DNA of 64,000 bases from Bacteroidota bacterium (lineage in GTDB: Bacteria; Bacteroidota; Ignavibacteria; Palsa-1295): the NCBI GenBank assembly GCA_030706745.1, contig JAUZNX010000014.1, forward strand, positions 9,527 to 73,526. Direction: 5' to 3'. Under the pieces are notes generated by a model that was not told the DNA's origin, ran no database searches, and worked only from the letters and a program-made list of their open reading frames with translations. The position numbers were made by a program, and so were the translations under genes. Shown one piece after another: positions 9,496 through 17,788 of the stretch (its first letter is position 1; each line of letters begins with the position of its first letter).

Positions 9496-10187
9496 GGAAG
9501 GAAACCTCAATGTTCTCTCGCCACAGACCTGCACTCTACCACGATCGCAGAGAGGCCGGACGCAAGCTCGCACAACTTCTATCCGCATACAAGGATCGGC
9601 CGGACGTAATTGTTCTGGGGTTGACGCGCGGTGGCGTGCCCGTTGCCCATGAGGTGAGCGAAAGTTTACATGCCGCATTCGACGCACTTATCGTTCGAAA
9701 ACTGGGAGTACCGGCTCAGTCTGAACTTGCGATGGGCGCAATTGCATCAGGCAATGTGACTGTTTTGAACGATGATATCATTGCCGACCTCAATATCTCC
9801 ATCGCGGAAATCGAACGTGTGCGAGCATGCGAAGCCAAAGAAATCTCGCGGCGTGAAGCCCTTTATCGCAATAATCGCCCCTTCCCCGTACTCAAAGGCA
9901 AAGCAGTCATCGTAGTTGATGATGGAGTTGCCACAGGCTCTACGATGCGGGCCGCACTGCGAGCGGTCCGCCTGCAAAAGCCGGCACGGATAATTATGGC
10001 AGTCCCCGTGGCATCCAGGCAAGCGTGCGATGAACTCCGAACGGACGCCGACGAAGTCATTTGCCCGAACAAACCTGAACCCTTCTTCGCCGTCGGGATC
10101 TGGTATGAGGAGTTCTCGCCGGTCGCCGATCGTGAAGTTCGCGAGATGCTCTCAGAAGCCATAGAGGCAGAACCCGCAGCAGCATAA
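9492..10187 (+). CDS. Predicted phosphoribosyltransferase (PRTase type I fold)
   Basis: The PRPP-binding motif VIVVDDGVATGSTM is present. It overlaps the upstream gene as ATGA, which implies coupled translation. Confidence 0.7.
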   Translation: MRKETSMFSRHRPALYHDRREAGRKLAQLLSAYKDRPDVIVLGLTRGGVPVAHEVSESLHAAFDALIVRKLGVPAQSELAMGAIASGNVTVLNDDIIADLNISIAEIERVRACEAKEISRREALYRNNRPFPVLKGKAVIVVDDGVATGSTMRAALRAVRLQKPARIIMAVPVASRQACDELRTDADEVICPNKPEPFFAVGIWYEEFSPVADREVREMLSEAIEAEPAAA

Positions 10188-10192
10188 CGAAC

Positions 10193-10864
10193 ATGCGACG
10201 AAACATCAACATGGTAATCGGTGCCACAACCCACGCCGGATTTCTCGATCTGCCGGCAGGCCTACCAAAGGGCATCATTATCTTCGCACATGGCAGTGGC
10301 AGCAGCCGATTGAGCAAACGCAATCAATTCGTTGCTGAGACTCTCGTAAATGAAGGCTTTGCGACGCTGCTCTTCGATCTGCTAACTGAGGATGAGGATC
10401 AAACGTACGAGAACCGCTTCGATATTCCGTTGCTCGCGGCACGTCTCACTCAAACAGCAAAGTGGGTGATGCAACAAGACGATCTGCACGATCTTCCGAT
10501 CGGCTACTTTGGGGCAAGCACTGGTGCGGCGGCTGCACTTATTTCCGCCGCTAATAATCCGGAGCCCATCGGCGCGGTCGTCTCGCGTGGCGGTCGACCG
10601 GATCTCGCCCTCGAGAGCCTGCCGCGAGTGAAGGCACCAACGCTCCTCATCGTAGGCGGCAGGGACGAGCCGGTGATCGGGATGAATCAGGTCGCACTCC
10701 GGGCATTACAATGCGAGAAGAAACTCGTCACCATCCCCGGCGCGACACATCTCTTCGAAGAACCAGGGACCCTGGAACAAGTTGCGGGACTAGCGCAAGA
10801 CTGGTTCACCTCTTTCTTAACCCGGCAAATCAGCCACATGAGGGCCAAAACTTTTATTGCATGA
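10193..10864 (+). CDS. Dienelactone hydrolase-family alpha/beta hydrolase
   Basis: The motifs IIFAHGSGSS and the nucleophile elbow GASTG are present. It follows the PRTase in the conserved PRTase+DLH pair. Confidence 0.7.
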   Translation: MRRNINMVIGATTHAGFLDLPAGLPKGIIIFAHGSGSSRLSKRNQFVAETLVNEGFATLLFDLLTEDEDQTYENRFDIPLLAARLTQTAKWVMQQDDLHDLPIGYFGASTGAAAALISAANNPEPIGAVVSRGGRPDLALESLPRVKAPTLLIVGGRDEPVIGMNQVALRALQCEKKLVTIPGATHLFEEPGTLEQVAGLAQDWFTSFLTRQISHMRAKTFIA

Positions 10865-10892
10865 ATTAGCTGGCTCGTGCGTTTACTGTCCA

Positions 10893-11933
10893 ATGGCGAA
10901 CGAGCAACGAGCAGGCTGGCGGAATACGCAGCCGATCCAGCGTGAATCAATTACAGTCCAGCGGTTCTACGACGCGATGAAGGACCGATTCCGGCTGACC
11001 CTGGTGGCCGGTCAGGAGGGACTGCCAAATCTTATCACCGATAAGAATCTGCATCGACCCGGTTTGGCCCTGGCCGGCTATGTCGGACTTTTTACTTATC
11101 ATCGAATTCAGGTCTTCGGAAATACGGAGATCTTTTATCTGCGGAGTCTGAAACTCGACGAGCGAGTGAAGGCATTCTCGACACTTGCATCATTCGCAAT
11201 CCCGTGCATCATTGTTACAGGTGGCAACACGATCGATCGCGAACTTCTCGAAATCTGTAACCAGCAAAAGATCCCGCTGTTCGAGACGCCGTTCGAGACA
11301 ACAAAGGCCGTCTTCCTCCTGGGCGATTATCTGGAAGATCAATTCAACCCGCAGACAGTCATCCATGGCGCGTTCGTCGATGTCTACGGCGTCGGAGTCT
11401 TATTCGTGGGGCGGAGCGGGATCGGGAAATCCGAGGTCGCTCTCGATCTCATCGAGAGAGGACACCGGCTCGTCGCCGATGATGTCGTCATGGTCACTCA
11501 AAAAGGTGAGAACATCCTGATGGGAGCCGGGACCGATTTGGTCCGTCACTTCATGGAGATTCGAGGTCTCGGTTTGATCAATGTCCGAGAAATGTTTGGC
11601 ATTCGTGCGATCCGATTCCAAAAGCGTGTCGAAGTCGTCGTCGAATTAGAAGAATGGCGCCCGGATGGTGAATATACCCGGACCGGTCTTGACGAAAAGA
11701 CGGCGTCGATCTTAGGGGTCGACTTGCTACATGTGAAACTCCCGATCATTACCGGCAAGAACATCACGGTCATTGCCGAAGTCATCGCGTTGAATTACCT
11801 TTTGAAGCACTACGGCTACGACGCCAGCAAGGAGTTTGCGTCAAAGCTCGAGCAGGTATTATTGCAGCGAGGCAACCAGCGGCTTGCGGGCGGCGACAGA
11901 GTCATTCCTTATTTTGAGCACGATTTCGAGTAG
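10893..11933 (+). CDS. hprK: HPr kinase/phosphorylase. The start is uncertain: the ORF track gives 10857, and ATG alternatives are 10893 or 10978.
   Basis: The N-terminus aligns with Bacillus HprK (LTLVAGQEGLPNLITDKNLHRPGLALAGY), and the P-loop GRSGIGKSE is present. Confidence 0.8.
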   Translation: MANEQRAGWRNTQPIQRESITVQRFYDAMKDRFRLTLVAGQEGLPNLITDKNLHRPGLALAGYVGLFTYHRIQVFGNTEIFYLRSLKLDERVKAFSTLASFAIPCIIVTGGNTIDRELLEICNQQKIPLFETPFETTKAVFLLGDYLEDQFNPQTVIHGAFVDVYGVGVLFVGRSGIGKSEVALDLIERGHRLVADDVVMVTQKGENILMGAGTDLVRHFMEIRGLGLINVREMFGIRAIRFQKRVEVVVELEEWRPDGEYTRTGLDEKTASILGVDLLHVKLPIITGKNITVIAEVIALNYLLKHYGYDASKEFASKLEQVLLQRGNQRLAGGDRVIPYFEHDFE

Positions 11934-11988
11934 TTCTCTCGGAATCACAGGCGTCCGTTGGCGCAATGATTGCGCGCGTGATGGCTAC

Positions 11989-12273
11989 ATGCTGTCACAA
12001 GTTACTATGGATGAGCTTCGGCGGTCGCTTTCCGGCCCACGCCCGCCAAAACTGATTGATGTTCGGGAGGCGGAAGAATTTGCCAAAGGCCACCTGAAAG
12101 GTGCGGAATTGATACCACTCTCCGATCTTGCCCGCGAAATCAAGAATCGACTGCCAAACCCTCAGGAGCCGGTCGTTCTCTATGATGATCTCGGTGTTCG
12201 ATCGCATCATGCTGCACGTTTGCTCCGAGCAATGGGTTACCGGAATGTCAAAGAAGCGATTGGGATGATTTAG
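11989..12273 (+). CDS. Single-domain rhodanese-like sulfurtransferase
   Basis: LIDVREAEEFAKGHLKGAELIPLSDL...VVLYDDLGVRSHHAARLLRAMGYRNV fits a rhodanese domain. The in-frame ATG is at 11989. Confidence 0.7.
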   Translation: MLSQVTMDELRRSLSGPRPPKLIDVREAEEFAKGHLKGAELIPLSDLAREIKNRLPNPQEPVVLYDDLGVRSHHAARLLRAMGYRNVKEAIGMI

Positions 12274-12437
12274 GCGTTGAAAGTCCACCACCTCCCAGAG
12301 GCTGGCGCTTCTGAATTTCTGGCGCTTTTTGACAATTGCGGACGAAAAGTTTCGTATATTTACAGTCTGAACTATGCACATTTTCCGTGATGTGCGCGTG
12401 TTCTGAGGCCGCGACTTTTCAAAGTCCTTTAATTTCA

Positions 12438-14510
12438 ATGAAGTATATCATGATGAAGAGAGTACTATCGCTGAGCGCAGTAGCGCTTGTTGTCTGGTCT
12501 GTGATGGTCGTCGTGCCATCTGGAAAGGCCATCGCACAGAACAAAGTATTAATTGAAGAATTTACGAGTTCGACTTGCCCGCCGTGTGCGGCGACAGATC
12601 CGATGGTTCGCCAAGTGGTATCGGATCTCCATGACAGTGTCGTCATCATTCGATGGCACCAAAATTATCCAGAGCCAGGTGATCCGAGCAACCTGATGTT
12701 CCCGGCAGGAAGAAGCCGTGGCGATTACTACGGTGTGCAGGGAATTCCCGCGGCATCAGTGAATGGCGGCATCAATTTCAATCCTGGAATTGGAGTCGCG
12801 GCATTCGAAGATAATGTTAATACTGCGCTCAGTGAGATGCAAAATTATTTCACCATGTCAGTCAGTCAAAGCACGACTCCGGATAGCGTCATCGTGTTAG
12901 TGACGGTGAAAACAGGTCCAACAGTACCAACTGACCCAGCCATGCGCTTAGCTGTTGTTGTTTGCGAGCGCTTTGCTGTTTATGCGGGATCTAATGGATT
13001 GCCGATGCATGACTATATGGCCCGAGCGGCGATTCCTGCGCTCGCAACGAACGGCAGCATTCCAGTATCAGCGGCATTCAACCAGGCTGCGAATACCACT
13101 CAAACCTACCGTTACGCGGCACAGATTAAGTCAACCTGGAATCCTGCCATGCTCGAAGCGGTAGCCTTTATTCAAAGTGAACAAGCCGCAGGAGCTATTG
13201 TCAAGCCTGTATATCAAGCTGCTTGGACTGAGAATGTAAATTTGGATATTTCACCAAACGCTACGACCGGCATTCTAATGGGTGATGGCAATACCCTCGA
13301 TTACACCGTTACGAACAATTCTTCGACTCAGCAAAAAGTCTTTTTGTCCATCGCTCCTTCGGCCTCGGTGGCGCCAAATGTTCTGACACTTAAAGGCGAT
13401 AACCTGAATGCAGATGGCTCGATCACGCTCGCGCCAATGACATCTGCCCAGGTTTCGGTCGTTGCTCCAACCTCCGGCCCATATACTGGTTGGGGTTTCT
13501 TCGGACTGATGGCCCGCACTGCTGACAGCATCGGAATTGGTGGAACGTACGGATTAGCAGTGGGTAAAGATGTAAAGACGCTCATCCTCGATAACGGAGC
13601 TGGTTTTGAAGGCATGGGGGCCGCACAGCTTTCACCCCCAAATACTCTAAAGTCGCTGAACAATATCGGTATTCCAGCGGCATTGATTCGTTATGAGAAC
13701 ATGACCGCTGCATTTAGCGATGATTGGTCTAATTTCAACAATGTGATTATTGACGGTGGTCCATATTATACAGGTGTGTTCACCAACGATGGCAGCATGG
13801 ACCGGATTACTCAGCACTTAGCCGGCGGAGGCAATTTGATCCTCGAGGACGCGCCATTTGCCGCCGTTTATTCTCGACCGAGTGTTGGCATGATTGATTT
13901 TGTCGAAGGTACATTCCATTGTGATTCTGTCAAAAACAATAGTACCACTTGGACTTCGATCAATGGTGTAGCAGGCGATCCCATTGGCGATGGCTTGTCA
14001 TCAGTAAGCGTGTCCTCTGTTACGGGCACTCAGTCCTTGAAATCATTCGATGCAGGTGGTCATGCGATTTTCACGACCAACCGAGGGGATACTGTCGGAA
14101 TTCGCTCTGAGAGTGGTCCGGGCAAGGCGGTCTATACGACATTTGAGCTTGGCAATATCTCTAGCGGCGGTGGGAAACGAGACACCGTTTTCAAGCGCAT
14201 TTTTAATTGGTTTAATTCAGCGCCATCGGCAGTCGCGACTGCTCCGGACGTTCCGAGTAATTTCGTTGCGGCGCCGAATCCATTCCACGGTATCACGCAG
14301 ATCGCCTACACCCCGTCCAAGGACGAGCATGACGTATCATTCTCTGCTTATGATCTATTGGGCCGCGAGGTTGCGAAACTGTCAGCAAAGCCGACCGGTG
14401 CATCGTATGAAGCAACGTTCGATGCAAACAGCCTTTCTGCTGGCTCGTATGTGATCGTCGTTCATTCGTCCACTGGCTCCAGGGAGCTGAAAGTACTTAA
14501 TCAAGAGTAA
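12438..14510 (+). CDS. Secreted protein with an N-terminal thioredoxin-like CPPC motif and a T9SS C-terminal sorting domain
   Basis: There is a signal peptide (MKYIMMKRVLSLSAVALVVWSVMVVVPSGKAIAQ) followed by EEFTSSTCPPCAATDP. The C-terminus NPFHGITQIAYTP...YDLLGREVAKL...LSAGSYVIVVHSSTGSRELKVLNQE is a T9SS CTD. Confidence 0.7.
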   Translation: MKYIMMKRVLSLSAVALVVWSVMVVVPSGKAIAQNKVLIEEFTSSTCPPCAATDPMVRQVVSDLHDSVVIIRWHQNYPEPGDPSNLMFPAGRSRGDYYGVQGIPAASVNGGINFNPGIGVAAFEDNVNTALSEMQNYFTMSVSQSTTPDSVIVLVTVKTGPTVPTDPAMRLAVVVCERFAVYAGSNGLPMHDYMARAAIPALATNGSIPVSAAFNQAANTTQTYRYAAQIKSTWNPAMLEAVAFIQSEQAAGAIVKPVYQAAWTENVNLDISPNATTGILMGDGNTLDYTVTNNSSTQQKVFLSIAPSASVAPNVLTLKGDNLNADGSITLAPMTSAQVSVVAPTSGPYTGWGFFGLMARTADSIGIGGTYGLAVGKDVKTLILDNGAGFEGMGAAQLSPPNTLKSLNNIGIPAALIRYENMTAAFSDDWSNFNNVIIDGGPYYTGVFTNDGSMDRITQHLAGGGNLILEDAPFAAVYSRPSVGMIDFVEGTFHCDSVKNNSTTWTSINGVAGDPIGDGLSSVSVSSVTGTQSLKSFDAGGHAIFTTNRGDTVGIRSESGPGKAVYTTFELGNISSGGGKRDTVFKRIFNWFNSAPSAVATAPDVPSNFVAAPNPFHGITQIAYTPSKDEHDVSFSAYDLLGREVAKLSAKPTGASYEATFDANSLSAGSYVIVVHSSTGSRELKVLNQE

Positions 14511-14535
14511 CGCCTATCCAAAGTAATTATTCATG

Positions 14536-14563
14536 GCCGGAGCGGAAACGCTCCGGCTTTTTG
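14536..14563 (+). terminator. Rho-independent terminator after the T9SS gene
   Basis: The hairpin GCCGGAGCG-GAAA-CGCTCCGGC is followed by TTTTTG. Confidence 0.6.
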
Positions 14564-14671
14564 TTTGAAATACCGGCACTTATGACTCGCAACGCAACTC
14601 CTCCCGCGTCCGTTAAGATAACCGTGAGTCCCCAAACCGATTTCCAAAACCCACCCGAGCTCCATTAGCAG

Positions 14672-15433
14672 ATGATCCTCACTCCTGATGTATTTGTGAG
14701 CACTGGGCTGCTTGGTTGGCTTCCCCTCGCACATCCGCTTCTCCATTCGCTCGGACACCCAGAGACTGCGAAGCTCTTCGACGGCGTTTTGACCTTTCTT
14801 CAGGGCGCTCTCGAAAGGTACGGGTATATCATTGTGTTCATGGCCATCATGATCGAAAGCATGGGCGTGCCGTTCCCGGGCGAGACCATGCTGCTAATCG
14901 CTGCGGCCTATGCTGCGTCATCAAGCGAACTCTCCATTTTCGGCGTTATCGGCAGCGCTGCAGGTGGTGCGATCCTTGGCGATAGTCTTGGTTACTGGAT
15001 TGGCCGCGAAGGTGGCCGCAAACTCATCCGCAAGTATGGTAAGTTCGTCGGACTGACCGATGATCGCTACCAAAAGGCACAGGATTACCTAAAAAAGCAC
15101 GGTGGCAAAGCGGTATTTTTTGGCCGGTTCGTATCGATTGCCCGCACCTGGATTGCCGTGCTTGTGGGGGCACACCATTTCAACTATCCGCAATTTCTTG
15201 TTTATAATGTGCTCGGCGGAATCGTATGGGCGACACTTTATGGGACGATCGGCTATGTCTTCGGCACAAATTTGCCGCTCGTCGAGAAGTGGGTCAGCCG
15301 CGCCGGGATTACACTGACCATTATTGCTGCGGCGGTCCTCGTGTATCTGTGGTATCTTCGAAAGAAGCGCAAGGAAGCGAAGGAGTTGGCAGAGCCGACT
15401 GCGATAGTAGACGGCTCAGACGAATCACTGTGA
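14672..15433 (+). CDS. DedA/SNARE-associated (TVP38) family membrane protein
   Basis: The motifs ESMGVPFPGETMLLIAAAYAA...GRFVSIARTWIAVLVGA are DedA signatures. Confidence 0.8.
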   Translation: MILTPDVFVSTGLLGWLPLAHPLLHSLGHPETAKLFDGVLTFLQGALERYGYIIVFMAIMIESMGVPFPGETMLLIAAAYAASSSELSIFGVIGSAAGGAILGDSLGYWIGREGGRKLIRKYGKFVGLTDDRYQKAQDYLKKHGGKAVFFGRFVSIARTWIAVLVGAHHFNYPQFLVYNVLGGIVWATLYGTIGYVFGTNLPLVEKWVSRAGITLTIIAAAVLVYLWYLRKKRKEAKELAEPTAIVDGSDESL

Positions 15434-16516
15434 TTGCTTCAGCAGCTTCTCCGAGTGCTCTTCGACAAGTTTGAGGATTGTATTGACGATCGTAGCCAGC
15501 CCTTTTCTCGAGACATAGCGCGACGGACTATCCCTCTCTCGTTTGTGAACGAGTGGGAGAATTTCCGCAGCCTGTTTCACTTCGAGCATCCGGCGCTCAG
15601 AGATCAACCAGCGATCGACAGCACCTTCAGGTCCTTTGAAAATGGTAACAACCGGTACCCCGAGCGCGGCAGCCTCACGATTCACTGTGCCGCCTCCACC
15701 GATGACCAAATCAGAGGCAGCGAGCAGGTCGAGACCCTCAACCGCCGCTCGGGGGATAATGATGGTCTCGGATGTCCCCCATTTTTCAATGAGTTCGGCT
15801 CGTTGCTTGCGAGTGCGTGGCAGTAGCACGCTCAGAACGTCACTGCGGTTGGACAGCAGCGACAGAATATCGTTAAACAACTTAAAGGATTCCTCACTAC
15901 GATAGTGCGCAGAATGTGAAGGCGGTCGGATGGTCACGACAATTTTGGAAAAGTCCCACTGTTGGCCCATCCCCCTCTCGGTATCTATGATTGGACTTGG
16001 CGTGGTCGGTTCGAATTCGCACGCGTATATCTCCTCTTTCAAACCCGGATAGGTTAAATGTTTGGAACGCGCGAGACCAAGGGCGGCTAGAGATTCGAAC
16101 GGTATGACTTCCGGAGTCATCACCCAGGTACTGAGGCGATTGAATAACCGCACCGAAGCCCCCTCATAATCATAGAGCGTCAGCGAAGGAACACGCATAA
16201 GCTTTGCGGCCAGGACGAGGCCACGAGATCCATGACCGACCGCAAGCGTGGGTTTCACCCGTTTCAGGTGCAATGCAAGTCGAATTGCGCGCAGGAGAAT
16301 ACCCATGACTTTCGGCAGAGTTGTATTGCCGTATTCATGGCCAATGAAGGTCGCTCGCAAGCGTGACTTCTCGATCAGCTCGCGGGTTTGAGCAAAATCG
16401 CGGGCGGTGATAACGACGTTACAGCCGGCATGTTCGAGATCGCGAATGATCGGCATGAAGAACGGCACATGTGGTGTGTTCTCGAGGTCGATCCAGATCC
16501 TTGGCGTATTACTCAT
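15425..16516 (-). CDS. DUF354-family protein (GT-B-like, glycosyltransferase/epimerase fold). The start is chosen at MSNTPRIWIDLENTPH.
   Basis: The family-typical N-terminus (xIWIDLxNxPH) and C-terminal GGGTVNREAAALGVPVV are present. It overlaps the next gene by 8 nt. Confidence 0.65.
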   Translation of the reverse strand: MSNTPRIWIDLENTPHVPFFMPIIRDLEHAGCNVVITARDFAQTRELIEKSRLRATFIGHEYGNTTLPKVMGILLRAIRLALHLKRVKPTLAVGHGSRGLVLAAKLMRVPSLTLYDYEGASVRLFNRLSTWVMTPEVIPFESLAALGLARSKHLTYPGLKEEIYACEFEPTTPSPIIDTERGMGQQWDFSKIVVTIRPPSHSAHYRSEESFKLFNDILSLLSNRSDVLSVLLPRTRKQRAELIEKWGTSETIIIPRAAVEGLDLLAASDLVIGGGGTVNREAAALGVPVVTIFKGPEGAVDRWLISERRMLEVKQAAEILPLVHKRERDSPSRYVSRKGLATIVNTILKLVEEHSEKLLKQSQ

Positions 16517-17684
16517 GCGATAGAACCTCGCATAATCCACGAAACATCCATGCATTCGACCAGCGCATATACCCGATTCGATTCGTGAGAAGGCGGCGCC
16601 GCTGATAATAGAAATATCCCGTTTCAGAACGCATGTGCTCGCAAGACCATCGTGCAACGTTCCGGGCCGTGTCGACATCACCGAACACGCACAGCGTCAC
16701 CATAGCCTGTCCAAGTGCGTGGGAGTCAATCGGGTAACGACCATTTGGAAAATATCGAACCGCGAAATCCGGTTCGATAAAATTATTGCGATAATACTCG
16801 AATCCCTGAACTGCTGAGTCATGCAGGACATCATCACCCACAACGTCCGCTATCGTCTTCAAGGAGAGTACGGTGTATCCGGTGTGAAACGAGTCAATCC
16901 AGTGCTGCGATGGCTCGAGTCCATAGGGCCATGAACCATCGGTGCGTTGATGGTTTACAACAAATCTAGCGGCGCGGTGTGCAAGTTCTATATAATCGGT
17001 GCGTTCCAGCAATCGACCGGCCTGAACCAGAAACTCCGCACCAAGCAGGGAGGCATTGAACACGATTTGGGGATCACTCTCGGCATATCCGAATGCGACG
17101 CCGTCCTGGTCCAATCTTGGGATTCGATTCACGATATACTCTGCAGCCCGACCGATCGGGACTCTGCCATCGGGCATCAAGCTCAGACGTTGCCACTCTA
17201 GTAACGCCATCCCGGCGAATGAAGTCGTTACGATATTCGGCGTATTGGATCCGAGGAAATGCGTTCGTGACTGCCAGGGAAATGGATAGCCCCAACCGCC
17301 CGAATCTAGGCTGACATCCGCCAAGCGCATCGCTAGTCTTGAACTCTCCGTGGCCCAATTGGCAGATACCCGCTCGTTCGCTCGGATGAGTCCCATCAAA
17401 AATAGGGCAAGCGCCTTCGGATTTTCCGATTTCGGTACGTGGAGTAGCGTTCGAAGATTAAGCACCGATCGGCGGCCCAATTGAAGCAACAGCAGTCGAG
17501 CCATCGGGCTTTCAATTCCGGACAAAATTGGTGAACTCAGCAAGTCATGCGGATCATGCCCCGCGAATTTCGTCTCCACAGCCCATTTCAGGACTCCCCG
17601 GGCAGCATCTGCGATATCACTCATTCCCATTCTTGGCAAAATACGGAAATTTGACGACGGCCTTGTTGAATCCGTCGGCGCCAT
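16509..17684 (-). CDS. Alpha/alpha-toroid-like protein with QW-type motifs (DGSWPYG, SGGWGYPFPW), of terpenoid-cyclase / prenyltransferase / polysaccharide-modifying type
   Basis: QW-like repeats appear (HQRTDGSWPYGL, LDSGGWGYPFPWQ). It is co-directional with and overlaps the DUF354 gene. The start is uncertain (17684 or 17630). Confidence 0.45.
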   Translation of the reverse strand: MAPTDSTRPSSNFRILPRMGMSDIADAARGVLKWAVETKFAGHDPHDLLSSPILSGIESPMARLLLLQLGRRSVLNLRTLLHVPKSENPKALALFLMGLIRANERVSANWATESSRLAMRLADVSLDSGGWGYPFPWQSRTHFLGSNTPNIVTTSFAGMALLEWQRLSLMPDGRVPIGRAAEYIVNRIPRLDQDGVAFGYAESDPQIVFNASLLGAEFLVQAGRLLERTDYIELAHRAARFVVNHQRTDGSWPYGLEPSQHWIDSFHTGYTVLSLKTIADVVGDDVLHDSAVQGFEYYRNNFIEPDFAVRYFPNGRYPIDSHALGQAMVTLCVFGDVDTARNVARWSCEHMRSETGYFYYQRRRLLTNRIGYMRWSNAWMFRGLCEVLSHE

Positions 17685-17788
17685 TCTCACGCGAGAATCT
17701 ATTTTTGGTGTTATATTGCAGGGTATTAATGTGCTCGAAACTGACCGGTCACCAGCACAAGTCGTTCGATAATCGAAATTTCCACAAT

